64,000 nt of DNA from Camelus ferus (taxonomy: Eukaryota): assembly GCF_009834535.1 (NCBI RefSeq), contig NC_045697.1, positions 87,546,001 through 87,610,000 of the forward strand. The letters run 5' to 3'. The first letter of the stretch is position 1, and the number at the start of each line of letters is the position of its first letter. Below are positions 23,403 to 37,387 of the stretch, piece after piece. The notes beneath the pieces are model-generated. The model was not told the DNA's origin. It did no database searches and saw only the letters and a list, made by a program, of their open reading frames with translations. Both the position numbers and the translations under genes were made by a program.

Positions 23403-24779
23403 AATACGTTTGCAGAGTTCATGGTTAGACTCATGCTGATGTAACTATCTTGAAAAAGAACCTAGGAAAGATATCTGGTCCATTAATTGTGTTTGAAATA
23501 AATTCTTCTCTTGATAACGAAGACTGGTGTGATGATGAAGATGGTAACATCAGCTGCCTTGCAGCTGCTGTGTGCTAACCTGAAGTGGGTTGACCAGAGG
23601 AAATGGAAAGACAAGCAGAAGGACAGCTTCAGATGGTATCCTTTAATCCCTGACTGCTGGGAAGACCGGCCACATATAATCTCATCTGTGGGCCAGGGTC
23701 CCAAGGGAGCTGGCAAACAGCGAGCAGAGTCAGCTCTGGAAGAAGGAAGGGCCGAGCTACTGATGGCAACAGGAATTGCAAACAGTGGTCACAGTTGTTA
23801 ACACTGGACAAGCCTGCCGTCTGTCAGAGCTCAAAGCCCTTCTCGCCCCTCCCAGGCTTTTTAACTAGTCTTTCCAGCTGGCCGTGGGAAGCAGCCCTTC
23901 CAAAGGAAAAGACCATGATGTGACACTTACTCATTTCCAGCTCTGGTTTATTGAGAAAGACCTATAGAAACACTTATTGCAATTATTACTAATACCTTTT
24001 CCTCCTTACTTTAACATTTATTTTATGTTAGTTCAAAGTCCATAGCATGTAAACAGATTTTTTTCCACACGTCCTATGTTACATGGGAAGTTTCACTTTA
24101 TTATTTGTTGGCACGTTCACTTTAAGATGAGGAAATGTGCATGTTTCCTGCTATTTACAATTTTAAATGGAAAAAAACCCTCAAATTAAAAAGTTTAGAC
24201 ACGTTTGTGAAGTCCAGCCTGCACTTTTGTAAGCAAATAAGCACCAACAGCCTTGTGAACGCACAGACACAAAGAAAAGAAAAAAACAAAGGAACTTGGC
24301 TTAAAACTTCTTGCTCCCTTTCACTCTGACTCGATTGTCCTTGGTCCACACCTAGAACTGGACGGTGGTGGCTCACTGCATCCGAGGCTAAGCTCGTGGC
24401 TTTTATTTCCTGCTTCCAGCAGAACCAAGGTAGCCAGAGAGCATGCTTGGAGGGACTTGGGTGTTCAGGATTCTGAGTTCAGTGTCTCAGTCACAGAGTG
24501 TGGAGGAGTTCGGGGCCACTCCCAAGAGCCCCAGACCGTGAGATCTGTTTTACAAAGAGTCATTTCCGGGGAGTAGGTGGCAAGTTCTCAAGATAATCTT
24601 GTTTGTGAGATAAATCCAAGGATTTCTAGGACATTTTGATAGGCAACTTCAGACAGTAATTAGCCGCAGCGTTGGAGTATGCTAGCAACTACTCAGCCGT
24701 GGGCAATGATTAGATCAGGTGTGAAGGTGAGCGGGCTGCTCTCCTTCTGTGTAGTTAAAAACAAAACGTGGGCACAGAG

Positions 24780-25090
24780 AGAGTCCTTGCTCTGCCCTTT
24801 CTTCACCTGCTGCAGTTTCATTTCCTCTTCCACTGCCCCAGAGGTCTGATCGCGGACCCTAACGTCCCGATTCAACAGAGCTTGAGATGTCCACGTGGAG
24901 CACAAAACTGCAGTAGGAATTTGGGGTTTGCTTTTCTCTCAGGTTTAATGTCACTGACTGGGTTCAGCAGGACTTTGTAATCTATCCCTTAAACCACACG
25001 ATCCCGAAGGCGAATTCCCTGGGGGGAGAGGGGCTCTGCCAGCTGATTAACGCGGTTTGCCTGCTTCCTACTTCTCTCCTGTTCAGGTAC
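24780..25090. promoter_or_regulatory. Candidate haematopoietic enhancer or alternative promoter
   Basis: ETS-IRF composite agtttcatttcc (24814-24825), RUNX aaaccaca (about 24991), EBF/NF-kB-like gaattccctggggg (about 25012), locally retained CpGs. Confidence 0.45.
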
Positions 25091-27119
25091 CAGTTGTTCA
25101 GACAGCTGAGCTGGTGCTGGCTCCCTAGGTCCCTTGCTCCATTTTAATTCAAGCCAGTGATGCAGAGTCCCCAGCTTGGCCTGTCAGAACTTGATAGCTC
25201 TGTAAACATTGAAATCTTTGTTGCCATAACACCAGGAAAAATAATATGGGATCCTGCATATAAATATAGCGGAGGCCTTGGGGAATAGGAGCATTTCTAA
25301 ATGACTCGAAGCTCTGTCACGGCATAATCTCTTATAAATAAATGTAACGTAGTCACTGAATGCAGGCTGGATTTTTGCCTGCCTGGGGTGCTCAGCCTTC
25401 TAGACAATAGTTATGCTAAGGGATTATCTTTTAACATAGTGCAGTTATCTCCTTTGTTTGTTTTCCTTTTTCATTATTCGCATAAGCCAAGGGAAATGAA
25501 AAGCATCTTATTTCAGGCAAAAGGGCCTGTGAATGATTAACTCTGGTTCCATGCATTGGGATTCTGCATAGCAACCCCTTGGCTTCTAACTAGAAAAAGG
25601 CTCGAGGCAGCAACAGCAGCCCAGGGAACTGAGACCAACATTCTCAAACGAAGATGGTGAGGAACGGATTAAGTCTCAACATTGTGTTTATGAGCAGAAT
25701 CTTCTGTAGCTGGCTTGTTTCATTTTGCATTGGTTTTACTGCACTCTTCTTGGTGGAGATGTGTTTTGCTGACCTTCCCTTTCGCATGTACCCTTGCTTC
25801 TGGAGTACACCGGAGGATCCAAGTGAAATTTGGCTAGGATTACGGCCTAGTCTGGTTTATGCCACCATATTTTCTCCCTAATACTGTCCAAATCAGGGCC
25901 AATAACACTGGCTAAATTTTACATTAAAAGAAATGGAATTAACAGATAGCTTCAGAATGACCTTGAGTTTTAGTTTTAACTCAGAGAACATTTTGTTGGT
26001 AAATGCTGGCTCTCTTGGAATTATGTATAGCGCAAAGTATTAGGAAAATGAAAGAGAAGCAAATGGTGTATTACATGGTTCCAATTAAAGGACATGGGTG
26101 TGTTAAAGACCCACATTGTGCAAATGTGAGGGACGGAATCAAAACCAATTCCCTATCTTTTTAAGGACATTTGGTGCTTAAACATTTACATGACAAGACG
26201 CGAGTTAGAAGAGTCAGCAGAAAATGAAGTGTAAGCTAAGGACAGAAGAAACATTGGAAAATTTAGGAAAATGCAGTATAGTTATAATCGAGCCAAAATA
26301 TTTAGGACACTTAAATTTAGACTGCAAGTCAATCCAGATGTTTATTTATTAATGTTAATAATGTTTCCAGTCTGGTTATAGAATACCGACTCCCGGGGGT
26401 TCCACTTCTGAGTTTAAAGACAAATGCATGGTCTATTCTTTCCCAGCTCTGTTTTATTCTTAGGGACTTTCTACAGCCATGATTTTCCTGTAAAAGTGTT
26501 TGCAAAATTTTGAGCAGCTCCTGATGTCCAGCAGAAAGGCTGAGTGAAACATGGGTCTAGCAAAGCTTTCCCCTTTCTGCATTTCTCTTCTTGCTTCCAT
26601 GGCAATAAAGAAAGAACTTGGCATAAGAACATCATCTGTTCCTGCCTGTTTCTCATCTGAAGTCATAAACCTCTGCTGTCCCACCCAAGACTAGGATTTC
26701 GGCTGGCACGAAACCGCTGTCCGCTTACAGGTTTATTCCAGTAGTAACCAAAGACAAAACTATTTTAAATGAAGGCCCGGGGCAGTTTTCCAAACCCTTC
26801 ACAATCTCCAGGTCATCCCCTAGAGGAAACCACTGAGGAAGAGGTCCAAGTTACATCCTTTCTTATAGTTTTTGATGCACTGTATGTTTATGAAGTCTGA
26901 GAACATTTACCCTTCTCATTGCTCTTGACTGAATGCCGTGGAGAAAAAGGGAGGAGTCACAAGCTCGAAAGCCGTAGGGCTCAGGTGCACAGGCTAAGTC
27001 CATGGAGAGCAGGCAGCAGTCTCCGGAGAGGCAGGGTCCTTTCCGAAAGGCATCTGCTGCTCAGCTGCCCGCAAAGGTACCATGTGGGGAGATGGAGAAA
27101 TTTGCCAGATACTCTGGTT

Positions 27120-27265
27120 TGTCAATAGAAGTTCCCGAATCCTGATTTTTTATGTGAATTCTGCATAGTTTTAGATGTTGGCAGTTTTTAATTTGAACAG
27201 AAGTCAAACACGGTGAAGGTCGATCAAAACACGGCTCTTGAATGTTTGGGGCCACTGGCATCCAA
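27120..27265. mobile_element. hAT-Charlie DNA transposon fragment
   Basis: agaagttcccgaatcctgattttttatgtgaattc...ttttagatgttggcag...aaacacggtgaaggtcgatcaaaacac. Confidence 0.4.
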
Positions 27266-27419
27266 CCCCCAGGCTGTGCTCCTGAGTCACGCTGGGGACA
27301 CTTCGCATTTCTCAGCTTCTCGGGTTCTAAAACTGTCCGCTGGCATAATATTTGCACATTTTACTTTTTATTTTAGGTAGTCTGGCAGAAAGAAAAGAAC
27401 ACACATTTGCAGCAGGGGA

Positions 27420-27620
27420 GATGGAGATTTTACTAGTTTCAGATTTTACCAAATTGTGACCTGCAGAAGCTTAGTGAATCTCTTGAAGCCTCTCTTACAA
27501 TCTGTGGAAATGACGCCTATTCTGCAGGGTGTCCAGAGGATTAAATGTACCACTAGATATAATATGTGTAGCCTAGCCCATTTAGGTGTTCCTTATATGA
27601 ATGTTACTATCCTGATCATT
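27420..27620 (+). mobile_element. MIR SINE
   Basis: tgtgacctgcagaagcttagtgaatctcttgaagcctc...atctgtggaaatg...gaggattaaatg. Confidence 0.55.
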
Positions 27621-28599
27621 ACCAGTGGGTGATCTTCTTTGGAAGACACAAAACCCGCATCCTGATGAGTTTCTCTCAGGATAGGGAGAGGGGCCTCTCT
27701 GCAGGTGTAATATGCTATGCAATAGAAAGAAATGATATCAAGCGTCATTTCTAAGGCCTTAAAGAATTTTAGAACTAGTAGAAGCCTTAGGGAAACAAAC
27801 TCTAATAGCAGGAAATTAATAGAAATAGCAATTTTTTCTTAAACATTCATATTTTAAACCACACAAATGAATGCTGTCACTAAAATGCAGTTAATAACAT
27901 TTTACTTTAAAAAATGAAACCAAAGATAGGATCTGGAACCGTGTTTTGAAATAAAAGAATGCAGGTTAAGTTTTTTCCTCTCAATTTCTGTGGGATTATT
28001 TACTTGGAAATAAACAGATGAACGTTACTTAATATATCCTTCTTTTGTATCCAGGCAGGATTGCCCTTAGGGAGATTTCTTCTCTCCTAGCTTGAGGTCC
28101 ATGACCTGTAGATAATGGTGGCAAGGGGACCTTCAAAAAATTGGGGTGCTCCAAAGTGGGGTTTGAGAAGATAACTGATGTCTTCTCCTTGCTCTCTGTT
28201 CAAAATTAGGTGCAATTTACAGTTTCAGCATTCAAAGGAAGAGAACTCCTTTCTTCCTGTTGCTGGAGCAGCGGCAAGTAATAACAGAAAAGAAAACAAA
28301 ACCAAACAAAACAAAACATTCAGTCTGACAAAGAGTTCGGTGGTACAGATAAAGCAGGGTAGTCATGTAAGATGGTTCATGGTATCTGGTGTCTTTCACA
28401 TGACTTATCCTCTTGCTTGGTATGAGATCTCTGACGGTGTGATAGGGAGTGCTGTGGGTGTGTGACAGATTATCTGAAGTGTTCCTCTATCAGCCATTGA
28501 TATATTTACTGACAAAACTCTTATTCCTAAACTCAGCGGCATATGGTACTGGTCACGTTGGAGTCTCAGGGACCCTTGCTGACATTTAAGAGTTATAAA

Positions 28600-28800
28600 G
28601 AGTAATAATTATGTTGCCATCTACCGTGAGGTAGGAACTAGGGTAGGCACTCGATGACATTGTTTAAAATCCTCATCACCCTTTATGTAGGGCTGTATCT
28701 CCATTTTACAGAGTGCTAAATTGAGTCTCAGGTGTATGGGGCCTCCCTTGCGGTACATAGATAGTAAGACGGGGCTAGGATTAAACCAGATTTGTTCTCT
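28600..28800 (-). mobile_element. MIR SINE
   Basis: aatcctcatcaccctttatgtaggg...tatctccattttacagagtgctaaattgagtctcag...ggggctaggattaaacc. Confidence 0.55.
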
Positions 28801-29629
28801 AGGCCTCTCTAGCCCATACTTTTCTCAAGTATTTTAGGGAGTAATTCACCCTACTTGTGGGGAATGTAAGTTACCTAGAAATCACCCGCAGTGTCAGAAC
28901 CCCCAGCCATCCAACAGCCAGGCCCCAAATAGTACAAGATCACTTGACACATATCACAGGCATAATCACTTGTCCCTTCCTGTTTCTTAGAAGAGAAAGA
29001 AGTTCTCCGTCTTTTGCTTTCTGCATGTACCACACAGAAAGGAACTGATAAAAATGAAGGTGATAAGGAGTAGAATGATGAGACACTGGGCCCTACAAGA
29101 ACAGAAGGAAACTAGGCCCCCTTCCCCTTTTCTCTCTCACAAACTCAGGCTCCTGAAGTAAACAAAAGACAGATTTAGTTTGACCGTGGAAAATGTCAGG
29201 GGCTACTGGTGCCTGACCCGCCATAGACAAGAAGTGGTTGTGGTTGTGCAGTAAATGTTGCCTGAGCAAGTTAGGTCTTTGGTAACTTTCTTTGCTTCCA
29301 CTTTCGCTGGAAACCCCTCCCCCCAAATATTTTCTTCTACCTCAGTTTAGCCATCCCCACCTTAAGAAGACTGTGAGGCGGGGAATAAGTCAAAGGGCTG
29401 TCCTGGGTGCGGAAAGAAGTCCTCACACATCCCAGGAGATACAGTAACATGACGAAACACAGTGGAGACACTGAGTGTGACCACCCCCGCCACCCCCTCT
29501 TTTCCTTTGGCAAAGGGTAGTTGGTTGTTTACTCACATCTAAAAAATCAGTTGGGACATTGGGATGGGACTCCTGAAGGAGAGGGGAAAGCAGTGAAGTG
29601 CAGTTCTCTGAAGAGAGGCAACATGAGGG

Positions 29630-30098
29630 TGTCGAGGGAAAATTAATCAGTCCATCTAGGAAAGAAATGGAAAATTTTATTCGCTCCAAACTTGAGGATT
29701 ATAACCTGGGAAGAGCATCTCAGAAAGCCCTGAGAACTGTTCCGCTGGTTGGAAATCAAGGCACAGTTATAGAAGTTCTCTGAGACAGAGGGCTGTACAT
29801 CAAATGACGAATTATTGACAGTTTACATAATCCAGATCTAAGCGTCCTCCTGGTGGGTCATGTGACCCCTTACAAGATCAGGAAGGAATGCTACCTTTTA
29901 AGGAGCTGTCTTGATGATGCTGGGAGGATGCTGCTCTTTACGGTTGAGCAGGTGTTCCTGCTGATGGGGGAGGTCTGGTCCATGCATAATGCAGACACAC
30001 AGCGCACAGTGAGGGGAGAGAGGGGGCCAAAGGGCAGAGGAGAAATTTTTATGTTCAAATTTTTCTTGTCTTGCCAAAAATAGGAATTCTATTTCACA
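29630..30098 (-). mobile_element. Solo LTR, class I (ERV1-like), 469 bp
   Basis: TG...CA termini (tgtcga...ttcaca); perfect 4-bp TSD aggg at 29626-29629 and 30099-30102; minus-strand AATAAA at 29676-29681. Confidence 0.85.
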
Positions 30099-30194
30099 AG
30101 GGCAAAGCAAAGTCACAGAAGGCTAATCTTATCACTTAACGCTGTTAGTTCACAGAGATGAAATTCCTTCATCGTGGCTATTGGCACCACTATC

Positions 30195-30330
30195 TCAAGA
30201 ATCATTTAGATCAATGGCTCTAAGTTCCCAAGGAATTCCTGAGTATGAATCCTTGGAGGAGGGAGAGGCAGAGCTTTTACATCTTACAAATTACCCACAG
30301 GCGGTTCTGATGTGCAACCCAGGTTACACA
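30195..30330. mobile_element. MER5-like hAT fragment
   Basis: agaatcattt...ttacaaattacccacaggcggttctgatgtgca. Confidence 0.35.
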
Positions 30331-32689
30331 GCAGACTTAGGCCCTTTAGGTAACTCCCTCCAGGGCTCCAGGGTTTGTTTGTTTTTCGTTAGCTACTCCA
30401 AACAAATACGCGTGGCTACAGCATATTTACACCAAGTGCCCAGATCGCAGTAACGAAAGTACACAGGGATTCTCGAAAAAAAAAAAAAAGTATCAAAATA
30501 TCCTTTCTTTCAAAACACTGTGATTTATGAACTAGATGTGGTAAAATGGAAATAGAATCTTTAAAGAACACATGTAATTCAGGTCAAAACAATATTAGTA
30601 CAGGTTCCTGATCAGAATTCAGGAGTGTGATTGGCTTAAAGTTTACTATGCTGATGTGCCTGGTTTGACCTTGGTGACTTTTCATACAAGAGGTTAGGGA
30701 TGCCGGCAGCAGAGTTGCAAATAAGTTGGAAGGTTTTAAGAAAAATAAAAATTTAAGGTGAGAGAGAGAGTGTGTGCACGTGTGAGAGAAAGTGCCAGAA
30801 TGAACTAATGGAAAGTGAAAAGAGTAAAGGTCAGAAGGAACCAGGAATGAACCAATAAATGTGGATGCTCCCAAGTGCACATGATCTGAGAAGGGCTATT
30901 ATGATATAAGGCTGAGCAAATGACCTGAAGATAAAGGCAGAAAAGGACCCAACAATTCCAGGGAGTGGCAGAACCTGCAGCAGGAAGTGAAAGTAGAAGA
31001 AACCAGTGGGGACAGTGACCTCCGAGAATCAGGGTTAGGAGAGTTGCCTGTGACAAGACATGGTATAAACACAGAGAGGGCTTGGATGAGACTAAGGCTG
31101 TCAACCTCTGCCAAGCCAAGTCACATGGAACTAGATACTTGCAACTTCACTCATCTGGATGTAGTTTGTATCCTAACAGCCCTTTTTATTGTAGTCAAAA
31201 TAGTTGTACACTCGAAAGGGCTGTGCCTGATAGATCCCAGTGGACAGTCAGGGTGTGGCGAGTGGCCAGAATGAAAGAAAGGAAAAAATTCAGAGGCACG
31301 GTCTTTGGAAGAGAAAACCACCCCCCTTAAATAGTTGTTGTCTGGTGGCTGCTGGAAGTTGTACAAGATAAAGAGTATCTAGGAACCTAAGTCAGAGAGA
31401 GTCTGTCAGAAGAGGCTTCCTGCAGGCTAGACCAGCAGGTTCAAGATCTCAGAGGACAGAGTTGTGAGAAGATACGGGAGCGTGTTAATGAAACTGGGAG
31501 GAAGAGGCTTGAGAGGTGGAGATACGCCATGATGGAAGGCTGACGTCTCTGGAGAGCAAGAGCAGGTTATAAACAGAAATCAAGAAGAGGAGGTGAGGGA
31601 AACAGAATTTGGAGAAAGAAGAACTGAGCGTGGGGCTTAATGCCCAGAAGCACACTAAACAGGCTAATCAAAGACTCTTTGAAAGGACAACTCGGGGAGG
31701 TGCTGGCTGAGGCGGTGGTGGGAAGCTGCTCAGACACCACTTTGACCTGAAGAGAAATGGCAGACCTGGGGCCAAATGCATGAAGATCACTTACTCACTC
31801 CGCCTGGAATCTCAGACAGAGGGAAATAATCAGTTTGCACCTAGGGAAGGGGGGAGATGAGACTAAGTCGCAAGTCTACAAAGAGGATCCTTTGGGGTCA
31901 TAAAATAAAAGTAGTACAAGAGAGCCCCTTGTGGAACTTTCTGAATACTCAAGACTGTCACCAACTAAGAAGTATTCTGCAATTTAGATTTCCTCACGAA
32001 ATAGACAGGTTATGTGAATGTGAGTTACCTGCCTGTCTGGACTATGGCTAGGGTGGAGGGGCTGAAACTCAGGGATACCAGAAAGTGGTAAAAAGCCATA
32101 CCCCAAGGGATGTCATTCCTGGAGAAGAAACTTTCCTCTTACTGACCATGAGATGACCATGTTAATTAGCTCAGGCTTAGTGCAGAGGGCGAACTGTAAC
32201 AGGGAAGTCTCTTCTGTGGATTTGCGGTCTTGACAACAAGAATGTTTTAAATGAACTGGTTAAAGAGCCTAAGAAATTGTGCAATCATTAAAGAAAGAGA
32301 GTGTGTGCATCTGGTTAGGATCATATAAGGCTCTAACATAAAATATTTTTAAAAATTAGGTCAAAATTCCCAAAAGTAATGTTTGAATACCATTGGGGTT
32401 TTCCAGTGGAAGGAAGAATTTATATTGAAAACACCAACTTAACAAAAGTTAAAGAAAATTGAAGAAAAATTGTTTGTAACTGTTCATTGCTATAGGCAAG
32501 TACACTCTGTCAAAGATGGTCGATCCTGAGCAAGAAGAATTTATGAAGATTTGATTCAAGAGGTCACTGTATCTTGTGCGTAAAAGGTGCTTAATATATG
32601 TTTATTGAGTGGTTAAAATAAGTATGTGTTGAAACAAACTGATGAATAAATAAAAGGCATAGTTGTATATTCCATTTGGAAAGTCTTTC

Positions 32690-32890
32690 TCCAAGATGGG
32701 TTAGCTGCCCACCCATGGGCTCCCATACAATCACATGATCACCTGTTTTATCCTACTGTATACTCTGCTCTTCTCCTAAATTGTAAGCTGTTTGAGGGGA
32801 GGAATTAATTCTCATTCTTCATAACTTCAGCACTGACCCCCAGTACCATGCACATAGCAGACTCAGGGAATAGTTGTATAAATGAACAAC
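32690..32890 (+). mobile_element. L2 3' tail
   Basis: ctaaattgtaagctgtttgaggggagg...gcacatagcagactcagggaatagttgtataaatgaa. Confidence 0.55.
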
Positions 32891-33564
32891 ATTATTTACT
32901 AAAGTACTAGTTTAAGCCCAATGTAAAATTAGTGCTTCATATGGGAGACCAAAAGAGGTACTTATAAAAAACTACTTACATAATATCTAGGAAGTCCATC
33001 ATGGAGCTGTAAGGGGCAGAAGGACACTTTGGGCAGTGTTATTACTGTAATTTGAACATGTAGTTAGAATGGAAAATGGATTGTAATGATGCAGAGTGAA
33101 CAATTGCTTTCTTGGAAATGAAGGACTAAAAAATTGAGGGTGGAGACATGCTTTTTACCGAAAACTCAGGATAGCATGCTCTCTGCACCCCATCCACCCC
33201 CAGGTCATCCAGACTGTCAGATTAAATTTAGATTACTTCTTGAAAAAAAAAATTTCAGAAGAAATCCAGCATCTATCTCCCCCTACTGGTATCATATTGA
33301 GTGATGTCTAACTATTTTTCTTTTAACTGAGAAATGTTTAATTAAATGAATTTTTTCATTGGTTGTTTGGAAAAAAATCTTATACTTAACAAAGTTTAAG
33401 CATCCTGCTTTGGAGGTTTGTATTGCAATGCACTTTACCAAGATTTGGAGTATAAATTGTTTCATCATAGATAAGGAATGATTAAATAATTTTGCTAGTT
33501 CATCTGTAATTAACATGTTTATATGCCTGTGGATTATAATTGGCTGACACAATGAAAAATTTTT

Positions 33565-35985
33565 AAAGTTTTTATTATAGAAAATTTCAAACATACATAA
33601 AAGTAGAGAGAAACATACAATGAGCTTCCATGTACCCCTTGTCCAACTCCAAAAAACAAGTCTCAGCTAAATGTTGTTTTAGTTTTTACTTCCTCAAGGT
33701 CGCACATCCAGATCATTTTGAAGCAAAGTCCAAGCATTGTATCACTTCATCTGTAAGCATTTCAGTATGGATCTAAAAGGTAAGGATGCTTAAAATAATC
33801 TATTTTTTAAGCCTAGCCAAAATTAGGAATAGTTGCTTAATATCAGCAAATATCCAGTGTTCAAATTTCCACAGTTGTCTTAAAATTTATATTATTTATC
33901 TCACCATTTGTTTGAAATAGGCTTTTAATATGGGCTGTGGATTCTAATTGCTTGATATGTTTGTTAAAATTTCATGGCCTTTGTGAGATTTGTTTCCTCT
34001 TTCCATCAATTTTTTGGGTAATATTTTTGTTAAGAAAAATGTTTCATTTGTTATGAACAATGTTCCACAGTTTGGAATTTGCTGACTGGATCCCCCAGTG
34101 TTGTAAAGCACAGTCCTTTGTCCCCCATATTTCCTATAAGTACGCAAAATTGGTAGTGAGATCTAGAGGCTTAATTTTATTCATGTTTTCCTTTCTTCCT
34201 CCTTTCCTCCCTCCCTTCCTTCGTTGTTGTTGTTTTTTTTCCCCAAGGTGCTATTGTATACTTCTGTCACAATGTCTGGAAGCAATTGAACTTCATTGTC
34301 TAGAGCAGGCTTTCTAGAGCAGCATTTTCCAATAGAAATGTCTGTGGTGATGAAATATTCCACATCAGTACATATATATTCTATATCTGTACTAAATATT
34401 CCATGTTTGATATCTTAATATGGTAATCACTAGCCATATGTAGCTCTCAAATGTGGGTAGTATGATTGAGAAACTGAATTTTTAATTTTTTAAATTTTAA
34501 TTACTTTAAATTTAAATGTAAATAGCCACATGTGACTATGGCTACCATATTAGATAGTATATAAGTAGACTCATTAATTCATTAAAGGCTGCAAAATGAT
34601 CATGTTATTATTCTACTATTTTTTCTTTACTTACTAGTTGGAATATTTTTATGAAGAGAAACTTCCTGTTAACAATTATGTTGCTACTTACTACGAGGTT
34701 GACTTTATACAGAAAAATTGCTTAATTCTTACCCTCTATTTATCAGCTGTAAAAATAGTAAGTTGGTTCATTAGCATTCTCTAAAAGTGATGCATCCTCA
34801 TCCTCATTTGTTTTTTGTCGTTGTTATGTAGTCATAATTTACATTTTAATTTAATTTACTGTAGTTATTTTTGTTGATGCTCAAATTGGTCCATCCTTGG
34901 CCAGAAGGGATTTATTCAGACTATCTCTGAGCACTCTTGTCATGATCCTACAAGTCTCTGATCGTCTTCCGGCTTTCTGGTGTGTGATAAGGTATTTCAA
35001 GATCATCTTGTACATTTCCTGCTTCATATCTCAACTTAGTCATTTTCCAAGATGTCCTGGTTCCGTTTAGTGGTCAGTGGTATTTCAAGAACATATAATC
35101 TGGATACTAGGGTGATCATTGCTATTTGCTTTGTCATTGTTTCTACCCTCTACAAAAACGGAGTTATAAATCCAGATTAAAAAAAACCCCAAAAACTACA
35201 CTGTGAGTTCATTTTGATGCATGCAATTTAAAAACAGGACAACTGAGTTACCGCTTATTGGACTGTTTTTTTTTTAATATTGAAAATCAGTTTCTTCTTA
35301 ATGACACCAATATAACTACCCATTTCCTTTCTCCACAATACACACATAATAATTTCAGGATAATGGTACCAACCTACCAGCAATGAAATTGTTATTCAAA
35401 AAGTGTACTTTTTAAAAATTTTCTTTTTGCATGTTTATTTATCCTTAGAATTTCCCTCACTGATGACATACTATTGTGTTACAGGGTTATTTGAGATAAT
35501 TCCCTTGTGTGGTTTTACCAAAAAATGGATACAAATTTCCATTTATTTGTTTCCTTTTATTTTTAGGGATTTATTTTTCTCAATTTAGTTTCATTTCATA
35601 ATTATAATATAAAGTCTTTGTGTGGTCCCGGAGTCATATCCACAAAATACAGTATATTCAAAAAAATCTAGCTTCTTATTCTGTCTCCTTAATTATAGTC
35701 CTTTTCTCCCTCCCTCATCAATTTTCATTAAAAAATTATAATTTAATTCTTCATTTATTATTTTAGGGATGTGAATTTATTTATATCTACCCTTTCTTAG
35801 ATGAACAATAATATATTCTATACATTTTCTCCTTTTATTGTTTTACTTAATGTATTCTGGAGATCACTGACTAATAATATGTAGGGATAAACCTCATTTG
35901 CTTTTGTAGCAGCATAGTATTACATTGTATAGATGTTCCATAGTTTATTCAATAAACATCTGTTGATGGACATTGAGGTTGTAGA
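33565..35985 (-). mobile_element. Old L1 (L1MC-like) 3' region, interrupted by MER3
   Basis: ttattatagaaaatttcaaacatacataaaagtagagag...ttttgaagcaaagtccaagcattgtatcacttcatctgtaag; ends gcatagtattacattgtatagatg...gttgatggacatt. Confidence 0.7.
34320..34560 (+). mobile_element. MER3-like hAT-Charlie MITE
   Basis: tccaatagaaatgtctgtggtgatgaaat...aatatggtaatcactagcc...aaatagccacatgtgactatggctaccatatt; preceded by ttctagag. Confidence 0.75.
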
Positions 35986-36506
35986 AAGCTTTTTAAAAAC
36001 ATTTTAAATGATTATAGCAGGAGCATAAACAAATGCGTTATCTTTCTCCATAATTTTTCATTATTCACTAGGTTTATATAGATAAAGATAAAAATATGAA
36101 GTTATATAAATGATTTAAGACAAATATTGGTGAGAAATTATGGTAAATACTGAAACATATTGGTCTGGGTATCCTAGAACTCAGATAAAATATTTTAGTT
36201 TTCATTAATTATTTCTTTAGGAGACTAATGACTATTTTCCTGATCTTCAGACTTCTTAGGATAGACCTTAGTAAGGCTGGAAAAGTAAGGATGATTGAAC
36301 TTGAGAGTTGTGCATGTTACAACTGTCATCTTTTATGAGGTGAAATGTAATTGTTTTCAAAGAAAATTTTATTTTATCCTCCATTATTTGCCTATAAGCT
36401 TTGCAGAGAATTTGTGTTAGGCTATAATAATGAGATACTAGATAATTATTATTCCATTATTTGGACACGTGGTTGAACCCAAGGTTTCAAGATAGCTTAT
36501 GGCTAA

Positions 36507-37335
36507 CATTCTTTAATACTATATACAAAAATAAACTCAAAGTGGATTAAAGACCTAAATGTAAGACCAGATACCATAGAACTCCTAGAGGAAAACATAG
36601 GCAGAACAAACACTCTTTGACATAAATCACAGCAATATTTTTTTCAAACTGGCTCCTAGAGTAATAGAAATAAATGCAAAAGTAGACAAGTGGGACCTAA
36701 CTAAACTTAAAAGCTTTTGCACAGCTAAGGATACCCTCAACAAAATGAAAAGACAACCTTACAGAATGGGAGAAAATATTTGCAAATAATGTGACCAACA
36801 ATGGACTAATATCCAAAATACACAAACAGCTCATACAGCTTAAAATAAAACAAGCAGCCCAATGAAAAAATGGATGGAAGACCTAAATAGACAGTTCTCA
36901 AAAGGAGACATCCAGGTGGCCAACAGGCACATGAAAGGATGTTCAACATCACTAATTGTTAGAAAAATGCAAATCAAAACTACAGTGAGATATCACCTCA
37001 CAACAGTTGGAATGGCCATCATTAAAAAGTCCACAAACGGTAAATGCTGGAGAGGGTGTGGAGAAAAAGGAACCGTCCTACACTGTCGGTGGGAATGTAC
37101 ATTGGTGCAGCCACTGTGGAGGACAGTATGGAGATTCCTTAAAAAACTAAAAATAGACTTACCATATGAACCAGCAGTCCTTCTCTTGGATATATATCCA
37201 GAGGGAACCTTAATTTAAAAAGCTACATGCACCTCAGTGTTTATAGCAGCACTATTTACAATAGCCAAGACATGGAAACAACCTAAATGTCCATCAACAG
37301 ATGCCTGGATAAAGAAGTTGTATATATATATGTGT

Positions 37336-37387
<52 letters not shown>

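Noticed and set aside
30600..32050. Purine-rich stretch, possibly an antisense ancient LINE
   Set aside because: Too diverged to assign by eye
36862..37218. 118-aa ORF as a host gene
   Set aside because: L1 ORF2 C-terminal fragment of a 5'-truncated copy
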